Positions 31,641 through 41,552 of a stretch of 64,000 nt of DNA are shown piece by piece. This DNA comes from a bacterium (GTDB lineage: Bacteria > UBA8248). Each line of letters starts with the position of its first letter. Within the stretch, counting starts at the first letter, position 1. The stretch is taken from the NCBI GenBank assembly GCA_965261085.1, contig OZ253442.1, positions 2,432,001 to 2,496,000 of the forward strand, read 5' to 3'. The notes under the pieces were generated by a model. That model made no database searches and was not told the DNA's origin. It saw only the letters and a list, made by a program, of their open reading frames with translations. A program made the position numbers and the translations under genes.

Positions 31641-32639
31641 TTGAGGTTAATCAATATGAGGATACACCCTGAAACATTGAAAAAACTGCGTAAGGCGCAG
31701 GGATGGAGCCAGCAGGAACTGGCCGATAAAGCGAAAATCGAAAAAAAGACAATCGGCCGCCTTGAGGGCGAAAGTGGAGGAGAAGCGCGCGAAGCCACAG
31801 CCCGGCTACTCGCCGGCGCCCTGCGCCTGGGGAATCCCCGAATCCTGGCTCAGGACCCCGAATCAGAAGCGGTGTTGGACGAAGTGTCCCGCATCAACTT
31901 CGACTCAGGCGGCTCTGGACTCAGGGTTCACTTGGACAGCGAAACCACCCTCGCCTACGACCTGGTGGAGGAGCACTACGGGGTGGACATGCACAGACTC
32001 ATCGAAGAGGCTCCCACCCTCTTCACCCTGCTTGCGGAAGCAAGCCTCGCCGAGCGCTGCCGCCGGGTCGGGGATGCGAAGGCGGCATTAGAGGAGTTCA
32101 ACCGAGCCCTGCCCGAGCATCTGGCCGAATCCGTCTGGGCCTATCGTGGGGAGGAGGAATCCATCGAGCGGCGCGACCTGTTCCGCCACCCCGGAGACCT
32201 CGAGTGGGACGACCCCAGCTGGGAAGAATACAGGAAAGACGGCAATCCCTTCACCAATTTCCTGAAAAGATTGGCGAAAAATATCGAGGCCGACAACGGG
32301 GCACTCGACCCCGCAGACATCGAGTTCGACCCCGATATGGTTTGCCGGGGCGATCTTTTCCCCGAACGCCGCGCGCGCTTAACCTGCGGCTCACGGCGCG
32401 CCGAGTGGTCTCTTTCTCATGGATATGCGCGCCTGGGCCAGATCCCTAAACGCCTTCGAGGCGAAGGCGAAGACGTCGACCGCGAGCGTGTGGAATGGCT
32501 GGAGGCGCAAATCACTGACGATGAATGGGCCGCCTGCGAAGAGATGATGGCCGCCGCAGTGAAACTCGGGAAAATGTTGACGGGTAAAACTGACCCCGAT
32601 GAGGCGGACGAACAGGGGAGCCAATATAAAGATGAATGA
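31641..32639 (+). CDS. XRE-family HTH protein
   Basis: LKKLRKAQGWSQQELADKAKIEKKTIGRLE followed by a long C-terminal domain. It is preceded by an AT-rich region. Confidence 0.75.
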   Translation: MRLINMRIHPETLKKLRKAQGWSQQELADKAKIEKKTIGRLEGESGGEAREATARLLAGALRLGNPRILAQDPESEAVLDEVSRINFDSGGSGLRVHLDSETTLAYDLVEEHYGVDMHRLIEEAPTLFTLLAEASLAERCRRVGDAKAALEEFNRALPEHLAESVWAYRGEEESIERRDLFRHPGDLEWDDPSWEEYRKDGNPFTNFLKRLAKNIEADNGALDPADIEFDPDMVCRGDLFPERRARLTCGSRRAEWSLSHGYARLGQIPKRLRGEGEDVDRERVEWLEAQITDDEWAACEEMMAAAVKLGKMLTGKTDPDEADEQGSQYKDE

Positions 32640-32802
32640 AACGAAACAGAACAATATTCATAAAGAGGCGATGGTATGGGTGAATGAGATTGCGAAGAAT
32701 TGGATTCAGGAAGGGCTCGACCTCGAACAAATCTTTAACAGGGCATGGTTGCGTTATGGACTCGTGGCGTATCGAGTAAACAATACAGCCAAGAAAGGAT
32801 GA
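32632..32802 (+). CDS. Small hypothetical protein
   Basis: MNETKQNNIHKEAMVW... overlaps the HTH gene stop in an operon-like arrangement. Confidence 0.4.
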   Translation: MNETKQNNIHKEAMVWVNEIAKNWIQEGLDLEQIFNRAWLRYGLVAYRVNNTAKKG

Positions 32803-32806
32803 AACG

Positions 32807-32971
32807 ATGGCGAATGATTCTGTCTTTACCAGTGCGGAAAAAGTGGCCCTCCTAGCGGCATTCAACAGGATGGGCGCAATCAGCGATTCGCTAGAAAGAA
32901 TTGCCGACGCTTTGGAGCGGGCATATCCTCCCCCGCCAAAGCCTGAGAAGAAGGGCTGGTTCAAATCGTGA
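32807..32971 (+). CDS. Small hypothetical protein (54 aa, below the ORF-track cutoff)
   Basis: AAAGGA SD, then MANDSVFTSAEKVALLAAFNRMGAISDSLERIADALERAYPPPPKPEKKGWFKS*. Confidence 0.5.
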   Translation: MANDSVFTSAEKVALLAAFNRMGAISDSLERIADALERAYPPPPKPEKKGWFKS

Positions 32972-33014
32972 AGCCGTGTTTTCTTTCAACCAGGCAGATG
33001 AAGAAGGAGAAAAA

Positions 33015-34025
33015 ATGAACGCCGAATGTTTGATTCAGTGGAACTGCCTGAAAAAAGAAGCAGCCGAGGGTTTTCCACTGGAAAAACTCGAAGGCTGTAT
33101 AGGAGAATACCTGCGCGAAAACCCCGAAAAAGGGGAGAACAACGTGCGCGCCGTACTGAGGTCTATCAGAGAGGCCCTTCGATGTGAAGAGCTCGAAGAC
33201 GAGGTTGTAAAGCACAAGGCCAGGAAACTCCTCAAGAGTTGCCGCCATACATTCGATGAAGTCTGCAAGAATGCAAGTCATTTCAGAAAGGCATTGACCG
33301 AGGCCAGGGAGAGGAGTGCCGAAGAAAATGCCGCTCCCAGAATCATCCCTCTTTGCGACGATTTCAGGTTCGAAGAAGTAGTGTCCATTAAAATGCTCAT
33401 GACAATCGGAAAAACTCTCGAAATCTGCGTCGGAAAACGCGAGGATGCACAGAGTTATTGGAAGGAAGCTGAGTCCGGTGAATCCAGGCTCTGGTTGCTC
33501 TTGAAGGGAGAGGAACCATTCGCTCTACTGAAAATCGATTTGGAAGAAAATAAAGTAGTGGAATTCTCCACCCACGATAACGACGACCCCAAAATTTCAT
33601 TCGAACTGGCCATGAAGATTCTGCATGAGCTTGACGTTACCGCCGACAACGAAACCTCATTCGCAAGTGTCGGGGCATTCGGCAGGTTCAAGGGCGGCCG
33701 GCCCGAGGTCGAACCCCTTCGCGTCGGCGATCAGGAAATGTGGATCTGGCTGTATGAGCACGAACTCATTGTGGCTATGGAGGAGCATGCTGACGGGAAA
33801 CTCTTCTGGTCCCGCTTTGTATTGGAACTGAATAAATATAATCCCTACGCAGACCCCAGGGTGGGTCCTTGGGGTATCTTCACTCGGGGGGAGTGGAAGG
33901 AGGATTCCAGTAACCACCTCAGCCTGGGGATGCTGTTCGAGGTTGTCCGGCGACATCCCCATGTTCTGAAAAATCTAAGTTCACCCGCTTTCCCAGAGTC
34001 GGCTCTTGCCAAAATAGCGGCCTGA
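33015..34025 (+). CDS. Hypothetical protein
   Basis: ORF track 32901-34025. An AAGGAG SD supports the ATG at 33015 (MNAECL...). Confidence 0.6.
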   Translation: MNAECLIQWNCLKKEAAEGFPLEKLEGCIGEYLRENPEKGENNVRAVLRSIREALRCEELEDEVVKHKARKLLKSCRHTFDEVCKNASHFRKALTEARERSAEENAAPRIIPLCDDFRFEEVVSIKMLMTIGKTLEICVGKREDAQSYWKEAESGESRLWLLLKGEEPFALLKIDLEENKVVEFSTHDNDDPKISFELAMKILHELDVTADNETSFASVGAFGRFKGGRPEVEPLRVGDQEMWIWLYEHELIVAMEEHADGKLFWSRFVLELNKYNPYADPRVGPWGIFTRGEWKEDSSNHLSLGMLFEVVRRHPHVLKNLSSPAFPESALAKIAA

Positions 34026-34942
34026 GCGCGCTTGTCCTTATTTGAATTATCCTTGAGAAACCATCTCACCAAATCGGCTACACCCTGTATTCGTCCTGGC
34101 TCAACGCTAGGCTAATAGCTACACCGGATGCTGGTGCACAACCCGCGGTTGCTGGTCGTGGTTGCGCGGTTCAATCGAATGTTGCGCATCACCTTAGCGC
34201 TGTGAAGAACAATAATATCTATCGGAAGCTGGTTCTGGCTGTATGAATGTCAAGCCTGTATAAACGCAGGGAATGTTAGCAAGCTGGTGTGTGGGTCAGG
34301 GAAAACAATCCACGAGATGGAATTAGAAAAACCAGTGTTCAACCAGCAGTTCTTGATGAGGTAGCACAATAGTTGGACAGAGATTCGCTTGGATACACGG
34401 GAGATTGAATTGCTCCGTTTCTTCCTTGATTGCATCTCATGGAAAGCGAATTCCCAACATGCTTTAGAACAATGAATCTGTCCCAACAGTATCAACAGGA
34501 TAACTGTATGTCACACGCTAAAACCCCTCTTCCCAAACCGTTAGGACAATAGATTAACGTAATTTCATTCATGGCAAAACGAAGTGGTGGCTGATCCGAT
34601 TCCAGCCGACCCACATGTTATGCCGGAACGAGAGATACCAAGACGCTTTTAGGAGCATTGTTGGATGTTTCACAGAGGTGCTCCGCGTCCAGCGGTACTA
34701 GTTCAGGGCCTGTTTCTGTTAAAAAGTCACTGGGATATTTGGATATGCGGTCAGAGTAGCGAAAGGCCGTATTCGGTAAGATCTCAGTGTTCAGTATATT
34801 GACGCACGTTGTCCTTCTGCTATCTCGGCCGATTCTAGCTGGACGCCCAATATAGCAATTCCTCCAATGGCGAGAGTTCCTCTATTCTGGCATCAATTTG
34901 TGAAAATCAGCTTGCAACCCTATGTTAAATTAACTCAATATT

Positions 34943-37651
34943 TTATGCTGAAATCAGTTCTTCACCTTTCGCAGCTTGCAAGGACAACTGCCGTCCGCCG
35001 ACTCCTTCGAAAAGCTGCTCCCGGCATGTAAGCACAATGATCTGAACATGGCTGGCGACCATGTTCAGAATGTCGAACATCCGACCCATTCTGTGGTCGT
35101 CTGAAAACACCAGCGCGTCATCCAGAATGACGGTTGCAGGGTGTCCTTGTTCGACAAGCATCTCAGCAAAAGCGAGGCGCACTAGGACGGCGATCTGCTC
35201 CTGCGTCCCCATACTCAGGTGGTGAAAAGCCTCCTCATAGCCCTCCTGCCGCACGACGCCGACGATATGCAGGTTTTCGTCAATTGTGATTTCCGCGCCA
35301 GGAAACAGAAGCTGAAAGTATGGATGTGCCCGGCTCAGAACCGGAGAAAGATAGCGCTCTTTAGCGTCGCTCTCGGCAGAGCGAAGTGTTGATAACAGCA
35401 GAGAAAGCACTTGTACTTCTCGCTCGTACCGCTGGAGACGATCTTCGGTCAACTCGACTTCGCGAGCTTTTTGCTGAATAGCTTCGTCAAGCCCAGCACC
35501 TTCAAGCGCTTCAATATGCGACCGGAACCCGGCTATCTTTTCGTTCAACGCAGAACGCTTGTCGTGTCTATCCTTAACCGCCTTTTGCAAACGAGAAATC
35601 CGCGCTTCCAACTGCAGAAGCGTCTCGCCCTCACGTTGCGCCTCAAGATCAGAAATCACCTTCTCCCGATCCACCAACTCTATTTCAGCGGCAGAAACCG
35701 TCGCGCTCAGCTCATCTTCAGAACCTTGTTGTTCGGCGTCAATAAGGTCGCTCTTGAGTTTATCCAGGCGCACTATCCCGTCCTCGAACCTTGTCTTCAC
35801 TGCTCCCAATTTGGTCTGTATGTGTCCGAGCTCCTCTTCCGGGCCAGCAAGGGAGGCCCCGGCGGCGGCGAGCGTTTCTCTGACATCCTGCGCACTATTC
35901 TGCGCATCAAGCAGTGCTTCCTCGGCTTCTTTTTCCGTTGGCAAATCCTGAACGCTAAGCTCGCTCAGTTCGCGTTCCAGGAACGTCTTCAGCCCTTCAA
36001 TGTGATTGGCTAACGGTTCCGCACCGGCGTCATAATCTTCTGACGAGGGCGCGTGCAATTCAGCCTCTTGCCGCGCAAATTCAGCGTTTTGAAGCAGTTT
36101 TTGGCGCTTAGAGAGCTGTTCCTCGGCTGTATCAAGCGAGTTGACCCCGCACTTTTCCAGCTCAGACTTAAGTGCATCACTCGCCTCGCGTTGCTGGGTA
36201 AGAAGCTTGTCACGATCCTTGATGGCGGGCTGAACGGAAATACTGCCGTAATCAGGAATGACAATCGTAGTTGCCTCGACCGCTCGTACTGCTGTGTGAT
36301 CGGCCGAAAGCGCCACGCCATCCACTTCGATTTTCGACAACCGGTCCGATGGCATTTCAAACGAGACGAGTGTGGCGGCGGCAGAAAGACGTGAGCGTGC
36401 GCTTTCCAACGCTTTGGCCGCGCACCGTATTATTTCTATGTTCTCATCGTTAACTAAAACGGCGGCTGCACCCTGTAGCGCAACCCTTCGTTTCTTCTCA
36501 GCCTCGTGCGCTTTCTCGTAGCGTCCCTGGAGTTCGCGTATCCGGACATCACGTTGAACTGCGTTGAGAACACGGCGCGATAACGAAACTGTCTCATCCG
36601 CTTGGGTTACGGTATTCTCTGCTTCCTTTACATCTTTTCGAAGTTGCTCAAGGTTCGACCGTAGCTCCTTTTCTTGCCCGCGAACCTCGTCGAGGCTCTT
36701 CTTCGCCAGTTCAGCGGTTTCCGTGTCGGTTTCGATCTGGTCCTTCAGACTGCGACGCTCGGCAAGAGCTTGTTCCGCTTGTTCCAAGTTGCGGTTCTTT
36801 AGTTCAACGTCTGTCGCGGCCGCCTCGATGCGTGTTTCGAGCTTGGCGAGTTCTGCATGTCGCTTCCGCGCGGCGTCCAGCTCCTCCTTGTCTGAATGAT
36901 CACGCTCTCCAGATGAAAGACGGGTGAGCGTTTCCTGTGCTTCTTCTAGGTTTTTTAGTACCTCGGATAGCCCCTGGCGACGGCTCCGCAACTCTTCGAG
37001 TTCCGACTGGATCGTCTCGACTTCTTCAATTAGTTCCTTGTAGTCGCCGCGTGGTCTGTCGGTGCTTGTGACCAACTCGGAGAGCTGTTTTTCTACTACA
37101 CCCAGCAAGGCCCTTCCACGCTTGCCACCGAGAACCGCACCCACTTCCGATTCCAATGCGCTGTGCAGGTTCGAGCGTGCGCTATCGGGAAGATCAAGGG
37201 AGCCGAAGGATTGGCCTTGTTGAACCCAGAGGACATTCCACATGCCGAGAGCTTCAGGTTTGGCACCCGGCTTCCCTGGCTCATCGAACCCGAGCAGAGC
37301 ACGTAGTGCATCTTCTGATTCATCGCCTTCGAGCTTGCGTCCGTCTGGACAAAAAAGGTGGGCATAGGGCTTCTTTACGAACCGCTTTCTGATCCGATAA
37401 ACCCCTTCATCAACTTCGAACGCCAGTTCAACAACCGGCGCAGCTTGGTTGCGGTCATTCTGCAATGCCGTAATCGATTGGGCCTTCGAACTGTGCTTTT
37501 CGAAAAGAACAGCACGCAGCGCATCTAGCAGAGTGGATTTGCCCATCTCGTTGGGACCGACAACGACGTTCAAGCCGTCGCCGATGTCGTTCAGACATAT
37601 CGGCGTCGTAAATTTCTTGAACTGATTGATAGCGAGAGATCGAATCTTCAT
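34943..37651 (-). CDS. Rad50/SbcC-like (YhaN-type) ABC ATPase with coiled coil
   Basis: Walker A GPNEMGKST, a long coiled coil, signature LSMGTQEQ and Walker B ILDDAL. Confidence 0.9.
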   Translation of the reverse strand: MKIRSLAINQFKKFTTPICLNDIGDGLNVVVGPNEMGKSTLLDALRAVLFEKHSSKAQSITALQNDRNQAAPVVELAFEVDEGVYRIRKRFVKKPYAHLFCPDGRKLEGDESEDALRALLGFDEPGKPGAKPEALGMWNVLWVQQGQSFGSLDLPDSARSNLHSALESEVGAVLGGKRGRALLGVVEKQLSELVTSTDRPRGDYKELIEEVETIQSELEELRSRRQGLSEVLKNLEEAQETLTRLSSGERDHSDKEELDAARKRHAELAKLETRIEAAATDVELKNRNLEQAEQALAERRSLKDQIETDTETAELAKKSLDEVRGQEKELRSNLEQLRKDVKEAENTVTQADETVSLSRRVLNAVQRDVRIRELQGRYEKAHEAEKKRRVALQGAAAVLVNDENIEIIRCAAKALESARSRLSAAATLVSFEMPSDRLSKIEVDGVALSADHTAVRAVEATTIVIPDYGSISVQPAIKDRDKLLTQQREASDALKSELEKCGVNSLDTAEEQLSKRQKLLQNAEFARQEAELHAPSSEDYDAGAEPLANHIEGLKTFLERELSELSVQDLPTEKEAEEALLDAQNSAQDVRETLAAAGASLAGPEEELGHIQTKLGAVKTRFEDGIVRLDKLKSDLIDAEQQGSEDELSATVSAAEIELVDREKVISDLEAQREGETLLQLEARISRLQKAVKDRHDKRSALNEKIAGFRSHIEALEGAGLDEAIQQKAREVELTEDRLQRYEREVQVLSLLLSTLRSAESDAKERYLSPVLSRAHPYFQLLFPGAEITIDENLHIVGVVRQEGYEEAFHHLSMGTQEQIAVLVRLAFAEMLVEQGHPATVILDDALVFSDDHRMGRMFDILNMVASHVQIIVLTCREQLFEGVGGRQLSLQAAKGEELISA

Positions 37652-38790
37652 TGGCTCCTCGTCTGCAATTTCATGTGCTCAACATATAACCGCTGGAGCG
37701 CTAGTGCGGCGATCTCGTGTTTCGGATCGTTCATGTCTTCAGACTGTAGTTTCAGGACATCAGCGGCGGCACGTACAAATCCGCCCCGGTCGATTTGGTC
37801 GAGGTCCTCTTCACTCGAGTTCGGGAAAAGTCGCGCGTCATCGACCCGGAGATAACATAAAGCCGCGGAAACCTGCTCGACGACCTCCTCCTGAAAATAC
37901 TGCCGCTCCTGTAGCGAAACAGCGCCTTCGACAACAAGGCGCACCAAAATCAGATTCAGGCCATCACCGCAGCCACGAAGCTTACTGACAAGGGCGTCAA
38001 TGTCGTCATGGCTGTTGACTTGCTCACGGAATGTCATCCATCGATAGTGACCAGTCTCAATTGGTGTAATGATGGGAACTGCATCAACACTTTCGATTTC
38101 CACCAGGAGCGCCCGTCCACCACCTTCGACATCAAAAGCGTCGGTCTCGGGCGTACCGCTATACCAGACCCTGTTATTAATCTTTTTCTGCCCGTGCCAG
38201 TCGCCCAGGGCCAGATAAGCAAGGCCCGCAGCTATTGGCCGATTTGGGTTGATGTAATTCGGAAAATCCTTGTCATCAGAGCCGAACCCCGTGACCGTAC
38301 CGTGCGCGAGTCCTACGCGGATAATCCCCGCCGGAGTGTCGACTTCATCCATGTACGCAGTAGGGTCCTGAAGCGTACGGCGGTAATGGAGCGGTGCTGG
38401 CAGAATTGCGAAGCCATCGCTTTCAAAAATCCTTGGTTTTGACGAAACGTGAATTATCACGTTGTCCGGCATGCCCCTTCGTGAAAGTTGGTCCCAAAGT
38501 CTATTTGGGCGATGCGGATCATGGTTTCCGGGTAAGAGATGCCATTGGACCGCATTGAATTTCCGCATACGTTCTAGCGGCTGATTGAGAGAACGCGGAG
38601 AAAGCGCCTCCATGTCGTACACATCACCGGCAACCAGAACATGACCAGCGCAATGTTTTACCGCCAACTCGCCGAGCCGAGTTATCGCAGCCAAGCGCGA
38701 TTCCTGAAGCAAACCCATCGTTCCGTCATCAACAAAGCGAAAAACTTTGCCAACCTGCCAGTCCGATGTGTGTAGTAACTTCAGAGCCAT
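37648..38790 (-). CDS. Mre11/SbcD-like metallophosphoesterase nuclease
   Basis: HTSDWQVG, AGDVYD, PGNHD, AHG, LGDWH and YSGTPE. Confidence 0.9.
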   Translation of the reverse strand: MALKLLHTSDWQVGKVFRFVDDGTMGLLQESRLAAITRLGELAVKHCAGHVLVAGDVYDMEALSPRSLNQPLERMRKFNAVQWHLLPGNHDPHRPNRLWDQLSRRGMPDNVIIHVSSKPRIFESDGFAILPAPLHYRRTLQDPTAYMDEVDTPAGIIRVGLAHGTVTGFGSDDKDFPNYINPNRPIAAGLAYLALGDWHGQKKINNRVWYSGTPETDAFDVEGGGRALLVEIESVDAVPIITPIETGHYRWMTFREQVNSHDDIDALVSKLRGCGDGLNLILVRLVVEGAVSLQERQYFQEEVVEQVSAALCYLRVDDARLFPNSSEEDLDQIDRGGFVRAAADVLKLQSEDMNDPKHEIAALALQRLYVEHMKLQTRSQ

Positions 38791-39163
38791 AGGTAATCAT
38801 CGCAGCATTCTACGAAGATACATCCTTCAAGAAGTTGGAAAATTTTGACTTCCATCAGCAACTCTAATTCTCCTGCTGGCGTGTAGTCATTCAATTCAAT
38901 AGCGCCGGAAAGGAAATCCAAGACCTGACGCTTGTATTCACTATCTAGATTGTTGAAGTTTCTGTCAAATCTGGGGGCATGGTCGTCCTGAATCAAGCGT
39001 GTATGGACGCGCATATAGGGCTACACGATGCTCCGACAAGGTAAACATTCAGTCGTCGGGTGAGATCGTCGCTGGCGCCAGAGGCAGTTGTTGATATTGC
39101 GAGGCGTAGTCGGTTTGGGCTGGTGCTTTCTTGACCGCCATCACCCCACAATTGAATGTTTAC

Positions 39164-39342
39164 CCGACAGGGACGCTCCGGGATGCGCGGGAGTTTGAAT
39201 TTCCTCGTTTCCGTTTTGATTACATGCTGGAGGAGGGGGATTCCGAATGAGGTTCTGATAAACCATTTTTCGGCAATAGTTTCAATAAACTACAAAGATT
39301 TTACCGCTAATGGAAATACCCCAACGCCTGTAAGCGGGCGAA
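39164..39342 (+). repeat. ~179-bp dispersed conserved element, copy 6
   Basis: CCGACAGGGA...GGATGCGCGGGAGTTTGAATT...CGTTTTGATTAC...AATAGTTTCAATAAACTAC...AAGCGGGCGAA. Confidence 0.9.
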
Positions 39343-39432
39343 AGACATTTATGTGCGGTCCGTAAGGAGGAACACTTCCTGCCGCTCGCGCCACCTTGTC
39401 GCCGACGGGATGCGGACACGAACTAGGGAGCA

Positions 39433-39993
39433 TTATCCGGGACGACGGCGCCGGCGTCCCGTCCGCACCACCCACAATACCTTGTCGCGGATATGGACGT
39501 CTTCTGCGCGGCTGGGGGCGTGGCCGTTGTGGGCGGGGATGAGCCTCAGGCGTTCGTCCTCCTCCGCATCGCCGGGCATCGCCTCGACTTGTCTGGTCAT
39601 CAGCCTCTCCCCGAGCCTGAGCAGGAACGCGCCTCCCGCCTCCGGGAGCCGGCTCGCGAGGTCGATCACGACCCAATCGCCCTCGCGTATCTCCGGCTCC
39701 ATCAAGTCGCCCTCCACATCGAGGATGCGCAGGTTCCCGGGCTCCCCGGCGTCGTCGTGATACGTCACCCGGAAAGGGTCGCCGATGTCGGTGTCTCCAA
39801 TCTCCCGCGGCGGGACCCGGCTCGATGGGGTCGTCGAGAGGCTCTCGTAATCAGGCAGATCGATGATCGCGCCCGCGTTGTCCGTAGTCGCCGATGTCGT
39901 ACCCGACCCGGCGGATGCGAAGTGGGCGCTCACCGTCCCTACGGGACGGCGCTCCCGCGCCAGGGTTGCATGGCGATATCGCCTCTGCTCCAT
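39433..39993 (-). CDS. S24 (LexA/phage repressor C-terminal) peptidase-like protein lacking an HTH, likely degenerate; start uncertain
   Basis: LRILDVEGDLMEPEIREGDWVVIDL...LRLIPAH. The catalytic Ser position (DSM) reads DLM. Confidence 0.6.
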   Translation of the reverse strand: MEQRRYRHATLARERRPVGTVSAHFASAGSGTTSATTDNAGAIIDLPDYESLSTTPSSRVPPREIGDTDIGDPFRVTYHDDAGEPGNLRILDVEGDLMEPEIREGDWVVIDLASRLPEAGGAFLLRLGERLMTRQVEAMPGDAEEDERLRLIPAHNGHAPSRAEDVHIRDKVLWVVRTGRRRRRPG

Positions 39994-41546
39994 GCCGCTT
40001 CGGTCGCCTTGATCGCGGCGGCCACGCCCGCCAGCGTCGGTGTTTCCGGCTCGGCCGGCAGGATATCGGCGCCGACGGCGAGGAATATCCGCCCGAAGCT
40101 CTCCTCTACCTCGGCAAGGCTGAGGTCACGCGCCAGCAGCGCGCGCAATGCTTCGATCTCGCCGCGAATCGTTTGCAGGCGGTCGACCGTCCCGAAGCGC
40201 TTGCTCGAACGCAAGACATCGAGAATGCGCCGTTCGATATCGACGATCCGGCCCACCGTCTTATGACGCGCCCGGGCTTCCTCGAAGCTCGCCAGCGCCA
40301 CATAGAGCTGCGTGAGCACCGCCATGCTCAGCGCCTCCCGCCGCGCCACCGCCAACCCGCGTCTCGCCCGCGCCGCATCGATGGCAGTGGGCGCAATGAA
40401 CATTTTGGTCAGGTTGACCGAGACCGCCGCGCCGAGTGAGATCCAGTCGTTGTTCACCAGAAACGAGTTGCCGTCCTGGTAGGCGCCTCCCGTCAACTCG
40501 AGGCCCGGAAGAAGCCTAAGCATGGCCTTCTTCACCTCGTCGGCCGCGATGCGTTCGCCGAGTTGTCCCTCGCGAAGCTCCGGACGATGGGCGAGCGCCA
40601 GCGCCGCTAGTTCATCCGCATCGAATGCGAGCGTGCGCGGCTCGGGGGCGGACGCCGGAATGGCGAGCGTGAAATCCGCCCCAGGCGGGAGACCGGCGAG
40701 CGCAGCGAGTTCGATCTTCGCAAGCCGGCTCTCCAGCCTCTGCTTCTCGAGATCTTCCACGGCCTCGAGCAGCGCCCGCTGGTAGCGCAGCGCCAGGATC
40801 GGCGACTGCATCTGACGGGTCGCAAGGCGCGCGCTGTCCGCAAGCGCCGCGCGAACCCGCGCCAGCAAGGGAGCGAGCCGGGCCAGAGCCCGCTCGCCCG
40901 CTACCGCTCGCCACCAGGCGCGGCGCACTTCCGCGACCACCCCTTGCACGGCCTTGCGGCGGCGCTCAAACGCGATGAGCGCCCGGTCCGACTGTTGTTT
41001 CGCCCCGTACCAGGAGACCCCGAAGTCCAGCACATGCCATACCGCGGCCAGGTTGCCGGAACGGCGGGTCCGATCGCTCGAGGTCGATGCGCTCAGCGAT
41101 TCCCGGCCCGTGCGCACCGAGCGGCTCGAGGAGGCCTGTACGTTGCTGCGCGCATCGACGCCGTAGCGGGCGCTCAGCCCAGGCAGCAGCCCGAGACGGG
41201 CCAGGCCGAGTTCCCGCATCGCCAGGCTCTGCTCCATGGCCCCCACGCGCGCGTCGAGATTGTGGAGCAGCGCGCGGGCCATCGCGCCGTGCAGGGTGAG
41301 CGGCCCGTCGAGGAGAGGCTGGTTGGCGGCCAGTCGCGCGAGGTCGGCCTGGACGCGACGCGAGGTCTGCCCGGGGGTGAGCGGCCGGGGATTCACGGTG
41401 CAACTCGCGAGCACCGCCGGCAATAAAAGACCCACGGCGAGCACGCGAGAGAGAAGCCGTTCCGGGATCCGCCGGGACTTCCCTCGCCCACCATATGGTG
41501 AGCGCCTGTGCGTACCGATTCGTTCGTCGGCCCGGAACCGTGACAT
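39939..41546 (-). CDS. TolC-family outer-membrane protein
   Basis: Lipobox-like VLASC, AMARALLHNLD, WHVLDFGVS and ALAHRPEL. It lies downstream of the T1SS ABC and MFP genes. Confidence 0.85.
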   Translation of the reverse strand: MSRFRADERIGTHRRSPYGGRGKSRRIPERLLSRVLAVGLLLPAVLASCTVNPRPLTPGQTSRRVQADLARLAANQPLLDGPLTLHGAMARALLHNLDARVGAMEQSLAMRELGLARLGLLPGLSARYGVDARSNVQASSSRSVRTGRESLSASTSSDRTRRSGNLAAVWHVLDFGVSWYGAKQQSDRALIAFERRRKAVQGVVAEVRRAWWRAVAGERALARLAPLLARVRAALADSARLATRQMQSPILALRYQRALLEAVEDLEKQRLESRLAKIELAALAGLPPGADFTLAIPASAPEPRTLAFDADELAALALAHRPELREGQLGERIAADEVKKAMLRLLPGLELTGGAYQDGNSFLVNNDWISLGAAVSVNLTKMFIAPTAIDAARARRGLAVARREALSMAVLTQLYVALASFEEARARHKTVGRIVDIERRILDVLRSSKRFGTVDRLQTIRGEIEALRALLARDLSLAEVEESFGRIFLAVGADILPAEPETPTLAGVAAAIKATEAAWSRGDIAMQPWRGSAVP

Positions 41547-41552
41547 CTCCCT

